From: an uncultured Arcobacteraceae bacterium
Lineage (GTDB): Bacteria; Campylobacterota; Campylobacteria; Campylobacterales; Arcobacteraceae
Length of the DNA stretch: 64,000 bases
Reading direction: 5' to 3'
NCBI GenBank assembly: GCA_964022095.1
Contig: CAXHZO010000001.1
Coordinates: 160,001-224,000, forward strand
The notes beneath the pieces are model-generated. The model saw only the letters and a program-made list of their open reading frames with translations, ran no database searches and was not told the origin of the DNA. Positions 40,374-50,808 of the stretch are shown piece by piece; positions within the stretch are counted from its first letter, which is position 1; the number at the start of each line of letters is the position of its first letter. The position numbers were made by a program, and so were the translations under genes.

Positions 40374-42360
40374 ATTCATCTTCCAATTCATCACCAACAC
40401 ATTTTATTGGATCATCACTATTAACGTTTACTTGATAAGCTTTTTCTCTAAAAATATCTTCTTTTGTTAAAGAGATACCTTTCATATGAGATAATGGGAA
40501 GGCAAAGGCAACACCTTTTCCAGTTGTTGTAATATGAAGAGAATGAATAATAGATTTTATAACTTCATTTACTAAATGTCTTGGTAATAAAAACAATAAC
40601 ATCGCATCAGTTGCTTCAAATGATGTTCTATAGAAGTTTGCCATTCCTTCCAGTCCAATACCATGAGCATTTATTACTGTAGCTCCACTTGCACCTGCTT
40701 TATGTGCTGCTTGAATTGCATCAGATTTTTTATCTTCAGGAACAATGATCACAACGGCACTAAACTCTAATGCTAAAGAGTGTCTTACTTTTGAGCCATC
40801 AATATTTACTGTTGATAAATCCATATTCTCTGCATCTGCAATATTATCATGTAATAACTCTTCTTTTTCAATCTCAGTATCAGATTTAACTCCAAGTTTT
40901 TCAGTTATTATTCCATACAACATAACTGTAATCATTGGGAAAAGAGAAGCAAATGCAATTAAACCAAATCCATCAATTAATGGACTTCTTCCTTCAATAT
41001 TAGTTGCTAAACCAATACCAAGTGCAGCAACTAAAGGTACTGTAACAGTTGAAGTAGTAACCCCACCTGAATCATATGCAATTGGAATAATATACTTAGG
41101 TGCAACAAAAGTTAAAATGATTACAACTAAATATCCAACAATAATATAATAATGAATATGTCCACCATCAACAATTCTAAAAGCACCTAATGCAATACCT
41201 ATTGCAACACCAGCTGCTACAAATAGTCTTAAAGCAAAGTCATTAATCTTACCATCACTAATCTCTTTTGCTTTTTTAGCAATCGCCATTAATGCAGGTT
41301 CTGCCATAGTTGTTGAAAATCCAATTGCAAATGCAAATGCATAAATCATTAATACAGAAGATGATTTAGTAAGTTGATAGGCCATTGTCTCACCAAGTGA
41401 GAATAGACCCATTTCAAGTCCTAGTATAAATGCATATAAACCAATAATTACAAGAACAAAACCTAAAAATACAGTTTTTAATTTCTCAATTGGTTTTTTT
41501 AGTACAGCATACTGAAAGAAAAAGATAATTGCTAAAATAGGAATAACATCTTTTACAACTGATAAAATACCACTTAAAACAGATTGAATAGTAATTGTTG
41601 TTGCTTCTGATACAGTAGCTTGAATAACAACAGACCCTACATCTTTTGCATCAACTAAACTATAAACTGCAATTCCATAAATTTGTACAAAAATCATTGG
41701 AGTTAATGATGCAAAAGCAATTAAACCAAATCCATCAATAACAGGATTTCTTCCTTTTATTGAAGAAGCTAATCCAATACCAAGAGCAGCTACTAGTGGC
41801 ACAGTTACAGTTGAAGTTGTTACTCCACCTAAATCGTATGCAAGACCAATAATCTCTTGAGGTGCAAAAAACGTAACACCAACAACTAAGATGTATCCAG
41901 CAATTATATAGTAGTGTATTGGATGACCTTTGATGATTCTAAATACACCTAAAAGTATTGCAAATCCAACTGAACCTGCAACAACAAACCTAAGCCAAGT
42001 TGCATCAATACGGCCACTTGATATGGAAGCTGCTTTATCTGCAATAACTGCAAGTGCAGGTTCTGCAATAGTAGTACCAAAACCAATTAAAAAACCAAAT
42101 ATTAGTATCCAAGTAGTCCAACCTGACTTCGCAAAATCACGGGCTAAGCCTTCTCCTACTGGAAATACTCCAATCTCTAGACCTTGTAAAAAAATTGCTA
42201 ATCCAACTCCTACAATACCTAATCCAATTGCAGTACTAACCCATCCATCTGGTACAGCTTGAATAATAGCAAGTTGAAAAAATAAAATTACAACGATTAT
42301 TGGGATTAAATCCCTGAATGATTCTTTTAAGAGTTTTAGAAAGAAATAGAATTGTAACAA
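40339..42360 (-). CDS. Tandem DUF1538 membrane protein fused to a C-terminal PII-like domain
   Basis: Two repeats of T.AEPAL and AYD.GGVTTSTVTVPLV; C-terminal AGASGATVINAHG...GKGVAFAFP. Confidence 0.8.
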   Translation of the reverse strand: MLQFYFFLKLLKESFRDLIPIIVVILFFQLAIIQAVPDGWVSTAIGLGIVGVGLAIFLQGLEIGVFPVGEGLARDFAKSGWTTWILIFGFLIGFGTTIAEPALAVIADKAASISSGRIDATWLRFVVAGSVGFAILLGVFRIIKGHPIHYYIIAGYILVVGVTFFAPQEIIGLAYDLGGVTTSTVTVPLVAALGIGLASSIKGRNPVIDGFGLIAFASLTPMIFVQIYGIAVYSLVDAKDVGSVVIQATVSEATTITIQSVLSGILSVVKDVIPILAIIFFFQYAVLKKPIEKLKTVFLGFVLVIIGLYAFILGLEMGLFSLGETMAYQLTKSSSVLMIYAFAFAIGFSTTMAEPALMAIAKKAKEISDGKINDFALRLFVAAGVAIGIALGAFRIVDGGHIHYYIIVGYLVVIILTFVAPKYIIPIAYDSGGVTTSTVTVPLVAALGIGLATNIEGRSPLIDGFGLIAFASLFPMITVMLYGIITEKLGVKSDTEIEKEELLHDNIADAENMDLSTVNIDGSKVRHSLALEFSAVVIIVPEDKKSDAIQAAHKAGASGATVINAHGIGLEGMANFYRTSFEATDAMLLFLLPRHLVNEVIKSIIHSLHITTTGKGVAFAFPLSHMKGISLTKEDIFREKAYQVNVNSDDPIKCVGDELEDEFAENPNTTTTK

Positions 42361-42392
42361 ATTAAGAGTCTCCTTGTGTTTTTATGAAAGCA

Positions 42393-42418
42393 ATAAACAG
42401 CTCAAAGGAGCTATTTAT
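42393..42418 (-). terminator. Hairpin terminator after leuA
   Basis: ATAAATAGCTC-CTTT-GAGCTGTTTAT on the minus strand. Confidence 0.6.
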
Positions 42419-42421
42419 ATT

Positions 42422-43978
42422 TTATACTTGATGTTCAGTATTATTTTTTGAAAGTCTCTCTTTTTGAGAAAGATATGAATTAACTGAACTTAAGTAAGCC
42501 TTCGCAGTTGCTAACATAGTATCAATACTTAATCCATGTCCTACAAAAGATGGAGCATTCTCATCAAATACAACTCTTGTAGTAACTTTTGCTAATGCAT
42601 CTTTACCTTCAGTTACTGAAGTTACATTATAACTTCTTAGATCACCAGTAATTCCAGTTAATCTATCTATAGTTTTGAAAATTGCATCCATTGTTCCATT
42701 ACCAATATTTGCTTCGCTCATTAACTCTTCATTTTGTTTAATTGTAACAGCTGCCATTGGTATACCATTTGAACAATCAGAGATTTGTAATCCTACTAAC
42801 TCATAAGTTTTACCTGAATTTAATGCTTCATCTGTGATTAACATTCTTACATCATCATCAGTAATATCTTTTTTCTTATCAGCTAAGATTTTAAATCTAT
42901 CAAATGCAGAGTTTAACTCTTCATCTGTTACTTTATCAAAACCTAAGTGAACAATTTTATCTTTAAACGCTGCTCTTCCACTATGTTTACCTAAGATTAA
43001 AGTTGATTCTTTAAACACACCAACATCTTCAGGTTTCATAATTTCATAAGTCTCTTGGTGTTTTAATACACCATCTTGGTGAATTCCACTTTCATGTGCA
43101 AAAGCGTTTTTACCAACAATTGATTTATTTTGTTGTGGTTCAACACCTGTAATTGTTGCAACTAATCTAGAAGTCGGATATAACTCAGGAGTGTTAATAG
43201 TAGTATATAACTCACCAAATGCATCTTTTCTAGTTTTAATAGCCATTACAGCCTCTTCTAAAGCAGAATTACCAGCTCTTTCACCTAATCCATTGATTGT
43301 AACTTCTATTTGTCTAGCACCATTCATAACAGCAGCTATAGTATTAGCCGTTGCTAATCCTAAGTCATTGTGATTGTGAACAGAAATAATTGCTCTATCA
43401 TTTGCATAATCACTTAATTCTTTAATCATAGAACCTAATTCATGAGGTAATCTATATCCAACAGTATCTGGTAAGTTAATTGTTGAAGCACCTGCTTGAA
43501 TAACTGCATCCATAATCTCTTTCATAAATGAAATTTCAGATCTACCTGCATCTTCAAATGAAAACTCTACATCATTAACAAATGTTTTTGCATATTGTAC
43601 TGCATGAACTGCTCTTTTAATTACTTCATCTGGTTCCATTTTTAACTTGTACTTCATATGGATTGGAGAAGTAGCGATAAATGTATGAATTCTATGTAAA
43701 GGAGCTTTTGAAACTGCTAATCCTGATTGCTTAATATCATTTTCTATTGCTCTACTTAAAGAACAAATTGAAGAGTTTTTAACTTGCTCTGCAATTCTAC
43801 TTACTGCATCAAAATCACCAGGACTAGCTGCAGCAAAACCTGCTTCAATAACATCTACACCTAATTTTTCTAACTGTAATGCTACTTTGATTTTTTCTTC
43901 TGTATTCATTGAACAACCCGGACTTTGTTCACCATCTCTTAATGTAGTATCAAAAACTATAATTTTATTTTTATCCAT
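42422..43978 (-). CDS. leuA: 2-isopropylmalate synthase
   Basis: [28 protein letters not shown] and [10 protein letters not shown] motifs; C-terminal regulatory domain. Confidence 0.97.
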   Translation of the reverse strand: MDKNKIIVFDTTLRDGEQSPGCSMNTEEKIKVALQLEKLGVDVIEAGFAAASPGDFDAVSRIAEQVKNSSICSLSRAIENDIKQSGLAVSKAPLHRIHTFIATSPIHMKYKLKMEPDEVIKRAVHAVQYAKTFVNDVEFSFEDAGRSEISFMKEIMDAVIQAGASTINLPDTVGYRLPHELGSMIKELSDYANDRAIISVHNHNDLGLATANTIAAVMNGARQIEVTINGLGERAGNSALEEAVMAIKTRKDAFGELYTTINTPELYPTSRLVATITGVEPQQNKSIVGKNAFAHESGIHQDGVLKHQETYEIMKPEDVGVFKESTLILGKHSGRAAFKDKIVHLGFDKVTDEELNSAFDRFKILADKKKDITDDDVRMLITDEALNSGKTYELVGLQISDCSNGIPMAAVTIKQNEELMSEANIGNGTMDAIFKTIDRLTGITGDLRSYNVTSVTEGKDALAKVTTRVVFDENAPSFVGHGLSIDTMLATAKAYLSSVNSYLSQKERLSKNNTEHQV

Positions 43979-44074
43979 TATTATTACCCTTTGAAATATA
44001 TATAATTATATCCTTTTTTTTATAAAAAAAGATAAACTGATTTGTTGATTATTTTTGTTAAATTACGAATGTAA

Positions 44075-44152
44075 TTAGAGAGAAATTTTAAGCAATAGAA
44101 GAGTATTAACACTTTTGATGAAATGGTTATTATAAAAATCAAATATTTTCAT
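44075..44152 (-). CDS. Putative leucine leader peptide MKIFDFYNNHFIKSVNTLLLLKISL (not in ORF track)
   Basis: AAGGGGAG RBS; four consecutive Leu codons; lies between a consensus promoter and leuA. Confidence 0.75.
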   Translation of the reverse strand: MKIFDFYNNHFIKSVNTLLLLKISL

Positions 44153-44182
44153 TTACTCCCCTTTTTAGTTTTAAGTAGTATA

Positions 44183-44211
44183 AGTATAATTAATAAAATA
44201 TTATTTGTCAA
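44183..44211 (-). promoter_or_regulatory. Sigma70 promoter for the leader-leuA transcript
   Basis: TTGACA (44211-44206), 17 nt spacer, TATACT (44188-44183). Confidence 0.75.
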
Positions 44212-44214
44212 GAG

Positions 44215-45492
44215 TTATTTTGAATGTTTAGATAAAACTACTTGATTTCTACCTTTTTCTTTTGCTTCATATAATGCATCATCTGCGTATTTGTAAATTT
44301 TTGTTTCATCTTCTAAGTAATTAGAACTTTGAACTAAAAGTCCAGCTGAAACAGTTACATCTGTTCCATCTTTATGTTTTATTCTAAGGTTTTCAATATT
44401 TGTAATAATATCTTTTGAGAATTCTAAAGACTCATCTATACTTAAACCAGAGAAAATAATACTAAACTCTTCTCCACCCATTCTAAATAGATAATCTGTA
44501 GCTCTTCTTAAAATTGAAGATTTTAATGTATTAGCAATTTGAATTAAAATTTCATCACCTTTTTGGTGACCAAAACTATCATTATATTTTTTAAAGTAAT
44601 CTATATCAATACAAAGTAAACTTAATACACTATCTTCTCTTTTTACTCTTCTAAGCTCTTTATCAATGATTTTATTAAAATATCTTCTGTTATACACTTT
44701 TGTTAAGTCATCTTCAATTGCTAATGATTCAAGTTTCTTTTTATTTGTTATATCATGTCTTATTGCAATAAATTTTACTATATCATCATCTTTTTTAATG
44801 GGAGATATATTTAGTTTGGTCCAATAAGTATTGCCATTTTTATCTTTATTTTTAACTTCTGCATTGAAATTTCTTCCCAATAATATTTCTGCCCATAAGT
44901 TTTCATAAAATTTATCACTAGTATCTTCATGTCTTAAGAGCTTATGAGTATTACCTATTAACTCCACTTTAGAGTATTTTGTTAATTCACAAAAAGCATC
45001 ACTAACATCTAAAATGGTACCTTCTTTATCTGTAATAGAAATTAGAACATGTTTATTTACAATATCTAATAAATTATCTCTCTCATATAATTCATTTTGT
45101 AAATGATTTTCTAAAACAACACTTTGAACATCACTTACTAATTCCACTAAATTTATTGGTTTGATTATAAATTTATCAACTTTTAATTCAATCGCTTTTA
45201 AGAAGTATTCTGAATCTGAATAAGCTGTTGTAATGATCACAGGAACATTTCTATTTGTACCTAATTCTTTAATCATATCAAGACCATTCATTATAGGCAT
45301 TTGAATATCTGTAATCACTACATCTGGATTTACTTTTTCAAAAAGCTCTAATCCCTCTTGTCCATTACTAGCCAAATGGAATTCTTTCACAAATTTATCA
45401 AAAAAGTATTTTACTTGTTCACTAATATTTACTTCATCTTCAACATATAAGATTTTTATATTCTTAAGTAATTTTCTGTTTAACTCTTCCAT
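44215..45492 (-). CDS. REC-PAS-GGDEF diguanylate cyclase
   Basis: REC (ITDIQMP), PAS domain, DIDYFKKYND, RATD I-site, GGEEF. Confidence 0.9.
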   Translation of the reverse strand: MEELNRKLLKNIKILYVEDEVNISEQVKYFFDKFVKEFHLASNGQEGLELFEKVNPDVVITDIQMPIMNGLDMIKELGTNRNVPVIITTAYSDSEYFLKAIELKVDKFIIKPINLVELVSDVQSVVLENHLQNELYERDNLLDIVNKHVLISITDKEGTILDVSDAFCELTKYSKVELIGNTHKLLRHEDTSDKFYENLWAEILLGRNFNAEVKNKDKNGNTYWTKLNISPIKKDDDIVKFIAIRHDITNKKKLESLAIEDDLTKVYNRRYFNKIIDKELRRVKREDSVLSLLCIDIDYFKKYNDSFGHQKGDEILIQIANTLKSSILRRATDYLFRMGGEEFSIIFSGLSIDESLEFSKDIITNIENLRIKHKDGTDVTVSAGLLVQSSNYLEDETKIYKYADDALYEAKEKGRNQVVLSKHSK

Positions 45493-45496
45493 ATTT

Positions 45497-46375
45497 TTAT
45501 CTTTTTTCAGAACTTAAAGAAATTATCTCTTCTAAACTCTTTAAAATTGCCTCATTGTTTTTACATTCATTATGATTGTTTATTAACTCTAAAGATAGAG
45601 TTTTAATTTTACTTAATCTATCAACTTGTATTTCTGTAAAAACAAAAATACTCTTTTTTGTTTCATCAAAGTATCTATATTTTATTTTAAATTTTCGATT
45701 ATATAAATTTTTACATTTACTATTTTTAAATGTAACTACATATTCATTATCAGGATTTTCAATAATATAATCTACATAATTTTTATGAGTATCAATATTT
45801 ATTAATTCAAATAAATCTTTATATTCATTAAAATCTTTATTTAATATTTCTGTATTATGTTGAGATAAAAGAGTTGATAAGTTTTTATTAACAAATTCAA
45901 TTGTTTCAGAGTTTACAATAAACATAGAAGAACTAGTTGAGTCAATTAAAAACTGTATGTAATCTTCGCAATGACTTTTATCTATTGATTGTAGATTTAA
46001 AGACTTTTGAATAATTACTAATATTTCTGATAAATTTATCGGTTTTAACACATACTTGTCAATTCCAAGCTCTATTGCTTTTACTAAATAATCACTATCA
46101 GAGTATGCAGTAGTTAGTGCAATTGGTATTTCAGGATTTATTTCTAATACTTTTCGAGACATTTCTAAACCATTCATTTTTGGCATTTGAATATCTGAAA
46201 TTATCATATCAGGATTATGCTCTTTAAATAAAGCTAAACCTTCTTCACCATTTTTTGCAACTATTAATTTTTTTACATATCTACTTAAGAAATATGATAT
46301 TTCTTCAAGTGTCATTTCATCATCTTCTACATATAATAATGTTACGTTTTTCAATAGTTTTTTATCAATTTGCAT
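45497..46375 (-). CDS. Response regulator (REC plus degenerate PAS-like region)
   Basis: LYVEDD, ISDIQMP and LKP motifs; no recognisable output domain. Confidence 0.8.
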   Translation of the reverse strand: MQIDKKLLKNVTLLYVEDDEMTLEEISYFLSRYVKKLIVAKNGEEGLALFKEHNPDMIISDIQMPKMNGLEMSRKVLEINPEIPIALTTAYSDSDYLVKAIELGIDKYVLKPINLSEILVIIQKSLNLQSIDKSHCEDYIQFLIDSTSSSMFIVNSETIEFVNKNLSTLLSQHNTEILNKDFNEYKDLFELINIDTHKNYVDYIIENPDNEYVVTFKNSKCKNLYNRKFKIKYRYFDETKKSIFVFTEIQVDRLSKIKTLSLELINNHNECKNNEAILKSLEEIISLSSEKR

Positions 46376-48180
46376 TAATTATCCTTAAACTTATCTCTAA
46401 TTTCTAAAAACTCATCTAAATTGTCAATAAAGATTTTTATTAAATTAGGATCAAAATGTTGTCCACTCTCTTCTTTAAATAAATGAAGTATTTTATCTAA
46501 AGGCCAAGCTTTTTTATAAATTCGTTCACTACTTAAAGCATCGAACACATCTGCTATTGCTGTTATTCTACCAAATATATGAATATTTTCTTCTTTTAAT
46601 CCTAAAGGATATCCTGATCCATTCCATTTTTCATGGTGTGTATAAGATACAATTGATGCAGCTTTTAGAATTGGCCTTGTTGAATCTTTAAAAATATCAT
46701 AACCAATTTGAGAATGCGTTTTCATTATTTCCCACTCTGCAGAATCTAATTTCCCAGGCTTATTTAAAATTGAATCAGGAATACCAATTTTCCCTATATC
46801 ATGCATAGGAGAAGACATAAATAAAAGATTTATTTCTTCGCTACTTAAATTAATTTTTTGTGCTAATAACTTAGAGTATTCGGCAACCCTTCTAACATGA
46901 TAACCTGTTTCTTCACTTCTTGTTTCACCAATTTGCCCAAGTTTATAGATAATCTCTCTTTGAGTTTGCTCTAATTCTTTATGTAAGTTTTCTATTTGAG
47001 TAATATCATGCCTAATACCCATAAATTCAACTACATTTCCATCAAGATCTTTTAATGGATACATCGTGACACTACAGTGAAATACATCTTTAGATTTTGT
47101 ATAATTTGAAATTTTTCCTTTCCAAATTTTTCCTGAGAATATCTCTTCATTTCTTTTTTTATTTTCTTCTTTTGTTAAGCCAACATGACTTAAAAATGAG
47201 TATGGTTTACCAATTAAATCATTTTTAGTATAGCCACTAATTTTATAAAAAGCCTCATTTGCATATACAATATTTTTATTTAAATCCATTCTTAGAATTA
47301 TATTACTTTCGTTAATAGCTTCTTTATATGAATTAGCAATTCTAATAGATTCAGATACATTAAATGCACTTCTTTGAGTCTGTTCTTTAAAGTACTCTTT
47401 TGAATTTTCTAAATCTGTAATATCATTAGATAAAGATATAAATTCTATAATATTTCCATCTAAATCTAAAATAGGCTTAATAATAATATCAACATAATAA
47501 ATAGATCCATCTTTAGATAAGTTTTTTAATCTTCCTTGCCACAATCTTTTTTCTACTTTTATTCTTTTCCATAGCTCTTTTACAGTTTCTATATCTGTGT
47601 CAGGATGGGCTATTATACTATGGGGCTTACCTATAAGTTCTTCTTTTCTATATCCCGATATTTTTTCAAAAGGTACATTTACATATGTAATAATTCCACT
47701 TAAATCAGATTTTGAAATAATAGATCTTTCATCAACAATATCTTTGTACTGTTTTAAACTATTTAAGATCTCTTTATTATCTTTTTCTAATTTAATATTT
47801 TTTGAAATTTTTGATAAGGTATCAACTAAAGATATTAAATTTAAAGGTTTTGTCAAATAATGAGTGACATTTAGCTTTATTGCTTTGAATAAATAGTCAG
47901 TATCATTAAAAGCTGTAATTACAATAATAGGTATGTCATTATTCTCTTCTCTGATTTTTTCTATCATTTCAATACCATTTAATACTGGCATTTGAATATC
48001 TGTAATAATTAAATCAGGTTGATTATTACAAAACTCTTCATATCCAGTTTTCCCATTTTCAGCCACATATAGTTTTTGAACTTTACTAGCTAAAAAATAT
48101 TCTAATTCTTCCCGTGTATTGGGGTCATCTTCAACGTATAAAACTGTTAAGTCTTTTAAAGTACTTAATAGATTTTTCAT
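46375..48180 (-). CDS. REC-PAS-PAS-HD-GYP c-di-GMP phosphodiesterase
   Basis: REC domain, two PAS domains, MHDIGKIGIPD, HHEKWNGSGYP and ADVFDAL motifs. Confidence 0.9.
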   Translation of the reverse strand: MKNLLSTLKDLTVLYVEDDPNTREELEYFLASKVQKLYVAENGKTGYEEFCNNQPDLIITDIQMPVLNGIEMIEKIREENNDIPIIVITAFNDTDYLFKAIKLNVTHYLTKPLNLISLVDTLSKISKNIKLEKDNKEILNSLKQYKDIVDERSIISKSDLSGIITYVNVPFEKISGYRKEELIGKPHSIIAHPDTDIETVKELWKRIKVEKRLWQGRLKNLSKDGSIYYVDIIIKPILDLDGNIIEFISLSNDITDLENSKEYFKEQTQRSAFNVSESIRIANSYKEAINESNIILRMDLNKNIVYANEAFYKISGYTKNDLIGKPYSFLSHVGLTKEENKKRNEEIFSGKIWKGKISNYTKSKDVFHCSVTMYPLKDLDGNVVEFMGIRHDITQIENLHKELEQTQREIIYKLGQIGETRSEETGYHVRRVAEYSKLLAQKINLSSEEINLLFMSSPMHDIGKIGIPDSILNKPGKLDSAEWEIMKTHSQIGYDIFKDSTRPILKAASIVSYTHHEKWNGSGYPLGLKEENIHIFGRITAIADVFDALSSERIYKKAWPLDKILHLFKEESGQHFDPNLIKIFIDNLDEFLEIRDKFKDN

Positions 48181-49794
48181 TTAAGCCTCTTGTGTAATTG
48201 GAATTTTTATAATAAACATAGCACCATTATCAACATTCTCAGTGCTTAATGTACCTTGCATATTCTCTTCAATAATAGTTTTTGACATATATAACCCTAT
48301 TCCTGTACCTTTACCCTCTTCTTTAGTAGTAAAATATGGATCATAAATTTTATCAATAATTAAACTAGGTATTCCTCCTGCATTATCTAAAACTGTTATA
48401 TATGCAAACTTATCTTCTTTTTTTAAACTTATACTAATCTCTTTATTTTCAACTTTACTTTCAATCAATGCATCTTTAGCATTATTTATAATATTTAATA
48501 AAACTTGTGAAAACTCATTTGGAAAACCAAATACTTCGATAGGATCATTAATATCCTTATTTAGTTTTATATTATTATTAACTAAAGCTGAATCTACCAT
48601 AGAAATAGATTTTAAAATATTTTTATTTAAAGAGAATGTTTTCTTCTCTTTATTTGGCTTAAAAAAGTTTCTAAAATCATCAATTGTTTTTGACATATTA
48701 CTAGTTAATAGATTGGCCTTTGTTATAGATTTATCCATAAATTCATCATCTAAATCTCCAACTTTATATGTAAAATCAATATTTTGTAATACTAAACTTA
48801 AAGCATTTAGTGGCTGTCTCCACTGATGAGCAATATTTCCAATCATCTCTCCCATAGCTGCTAATTTTGATTGTTGAATTAATAATTGCTCTTGTTTTTG
48901 TCTTTTTGAAATTTCATCTATAACTCTATTTTCAAGATTTTCATTTAGCTCTTTAAGTTCTATGGATTTTTCTTCTAAAGATTTATTAACTTTTTTTAGT
49001 TCGCTTGTTCTAAGCTCAACTCTTTTTTCAAGTTCCATTTGAGACTTTTTCAACTCTTTTTGTGAGTATTCTAATGAATCAAGCATTTTATTAAAAGTTA
49101 TAGATAACTCTCCAATCTCATCATTTGTTTTAATATTAGCTCTTTGTGTTAAATCACCTTTAGAAATTTTGTAAGATACTTTACTTAATTTTATAACGGG
49201 ATTAGTAATCATTGTTGCAATTAAATAAGATAAAAAGATTGAAGTAAGTAGCAATACTAAAGCTAAAAAAACTATGTTATTATACATTTCATTAATCTTT
49301 TTTTCATACTCTTGAAGAGATAGTTCTAAGTGATACCAACCCCAAAGTAAACCGGAAATCTTAACTGGATACGTATATTTTAATACTCTTTTATTTGAAT
49401 AAAGTGATTGAACAATTTCAAAATTACTAGCTCTATATTCATTTTTTTTATAAAAATTTTTACTGTTGTCTAATAACTCCCATTTCTCTTTTTTAATAGA
49501 TAAGATATTCCCATCTTTTCTAGAAATTAAAAAAGTCTCTATTTGTTCATTTTGATTTACAAACTTTAGAACAAACTCTAATAAACCTATTTCATTATCA
49601 ATAATCATATCATCTTTTTTTACAAATGATATAGAATCACCAATACTTTTTGCTTCAGAAGATAGTGACTCTAAAATGGATTTTTTCTGGAAATTAATAA
49701 CTTGCAAAGTGAATGCAGATAAAATCAATAAAATCGCAAGAAAAATCAATATGAACAATTTTCCAAATAGTTTATTTCTAAATAAGTTTAACAT
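48181..49794 (-). CDS. HAMP-domain sensor histidine kinase
   Basis: Two TM segments, HAMP (DEIGEL), IAHQWRQPL, DNAGGI, PYFTTK, GTGIGLY. Confidence 0.9.
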   Translation of the reverse strand: MLNLFRNKLFGKLFILIFLAILLILSAFTLQVINFQKKSILESLSSEAKSIGDSISFVKKDDMIIDNEIGLLEFVLKFVNQNEQIETFLISRKDGNILSIKKEKWELLDNSKNFYKKNEYRASNFEIVQSLYSNKRVLKYTYPVKISGLLWGWYHLELSLQEYEKKINEMYNNIVFLALVLLLTSIFLSYLIATMITNPVIKLSKVSYKISKGDLTQRANIKTNDEIGELSITFNKMLDSLEYSQKELKKSQMELEKRVELRTSELKKVNKSLEEKSIELKELNENLENRVIDEISKRQKQEQLLIQQSKLAAMGEMIGNIAHQWRQPLNALSLVLQNIDFTYKVGDLDDEFMDKSITKANLLTSNMSKTIDDFRNFFKPNKEKKTFSLNKNILKSISMVDSALVNNNIKLNKDINDPIEVFGFPNEFSQVLLNIINNAKDALIESKVENKEISISLKKEDKFAYITVLDNAGGIPSLIIDKIYDPYFTTKEEGKGTGIGLYMSKTIIEENMQGTLSTENVDNGAMFIIKIPITQEA

Positions 49795-50684
49795 TATTTA
49801 TATTTCTCTTTTAATTCATAATATCTTTTATAAAAATTATTCATATCTGACAAATTTTCTTTTTTCACTTCATATACATCATAAAATTTAAATAAAGAAT
49901 ATAATTCTTTAATATCCTTATCATTTTTTAAATTTTTAAATGCATCAAAGAAAATATCTACAGTAGTATTATCTGTAGATTTTGAAAAGAAACTAATAAA
50001 AGGAATGAAGTCAACACTTGAACATTCAAACAATTTTACACGTTGTTTTATTGAAGGGTTTAATTCTAACATTGTAGCCCAAGTATCTTTTCTAACCAAT
50101 GCTAAATCTTGTTTTTTAAAAAAAACATTTAATAAACTTGTTGATTCTTTTTCTTCATACTTTATGGATTTTACAAGTTTATTAAACTCTTTTTTAGTAT
50201 TTTGCAAACTTTTATGATCAAGCCAAATACTTCCAATAGACTGATACTCTTTCATAATAATTGTTTTATCTTTCAAATCTTTATATGAATCAAACTTAAT
50301 ATCACTTCTAGCAACTAAACAAAATTTATACTCTCTTTTCTCATTAAAAGCAACACTCCAATATCTTGAACTTATAGAATCAATTTTATCTTTACGCTTA
50401 TAATAGTCGCCAAATTCCATAGATGCCATATTCAAACTATTACTCATATAACTTTTATAAACTTTTTCCCTATCATCATAAAAAATAACATTTAAATTTA
50501 CATCTTTTTTCTCACCAACCCTATTAAGCCATTTACTTAAACTTTTTCTTGCATCTTTAAAGTCAGCTAACATATCATAACCTTGTAAAAAACCATAATT
50601 AACGACATTGTTTAATTCTTTATCATTTGAAAATGAGTTTAAAGTAAAAATAAATAAAAATATTATAGAGATGATTTTTTTCAT
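49794..50684 (-). CDS. Periplasmic substrate-binding-like protein (PhnD/phosphonate-binding fold)
   Basis: Signal peptide; LVARSD...DLKDK and VFFKKQDLALV motifs; coupled to the kinase gene. Confidence 0.65.
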   Translation of the reverse strand: MKKIISIIFLFIFTLNSFSNDKELNNVVNYGFLQGYDMLADFKDARKSLSKWLNRVGEKKDVNLNVIFYDDREKVYKSYMSNSLNMASMEFGDYYKRKDKIDSISSRYWSVAFNEKREYKFCLVARSDIKFDSYKDLKDKTIIMKEYQSIGSIWLDHKSLQNTKKEFNKLVKSIKYEEKESTSLLNVFFKKQDLALVRKDTWATMLELNPSIKQRVKLFECSSVDFIPFISFFSKSTDNTTVDIFFDAFKNLKNDKDIKELYSLFKFYDVYEVKKENLSDMNNFYKRYYELKEKYK

Positions 50685-50777
50685 AATAAACCTATTGTTT
50701 TTTAAATATTATAACTAAAATTTTATAAAAATAACTGATTTAAGAATGAGTTAATAATAAGACAGTATCTAGAAAGA

Positions 50778-50808
50778 TAAATAAAGAGATAAATAATCTC
50801 TTTATTTA
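50778..50808 (-). terminator. Hairpin after ftsH
   Basis: TAAATAAAGAGAT/ATCTCTTTATTTA inverted repeat. Confidence 0.6.
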
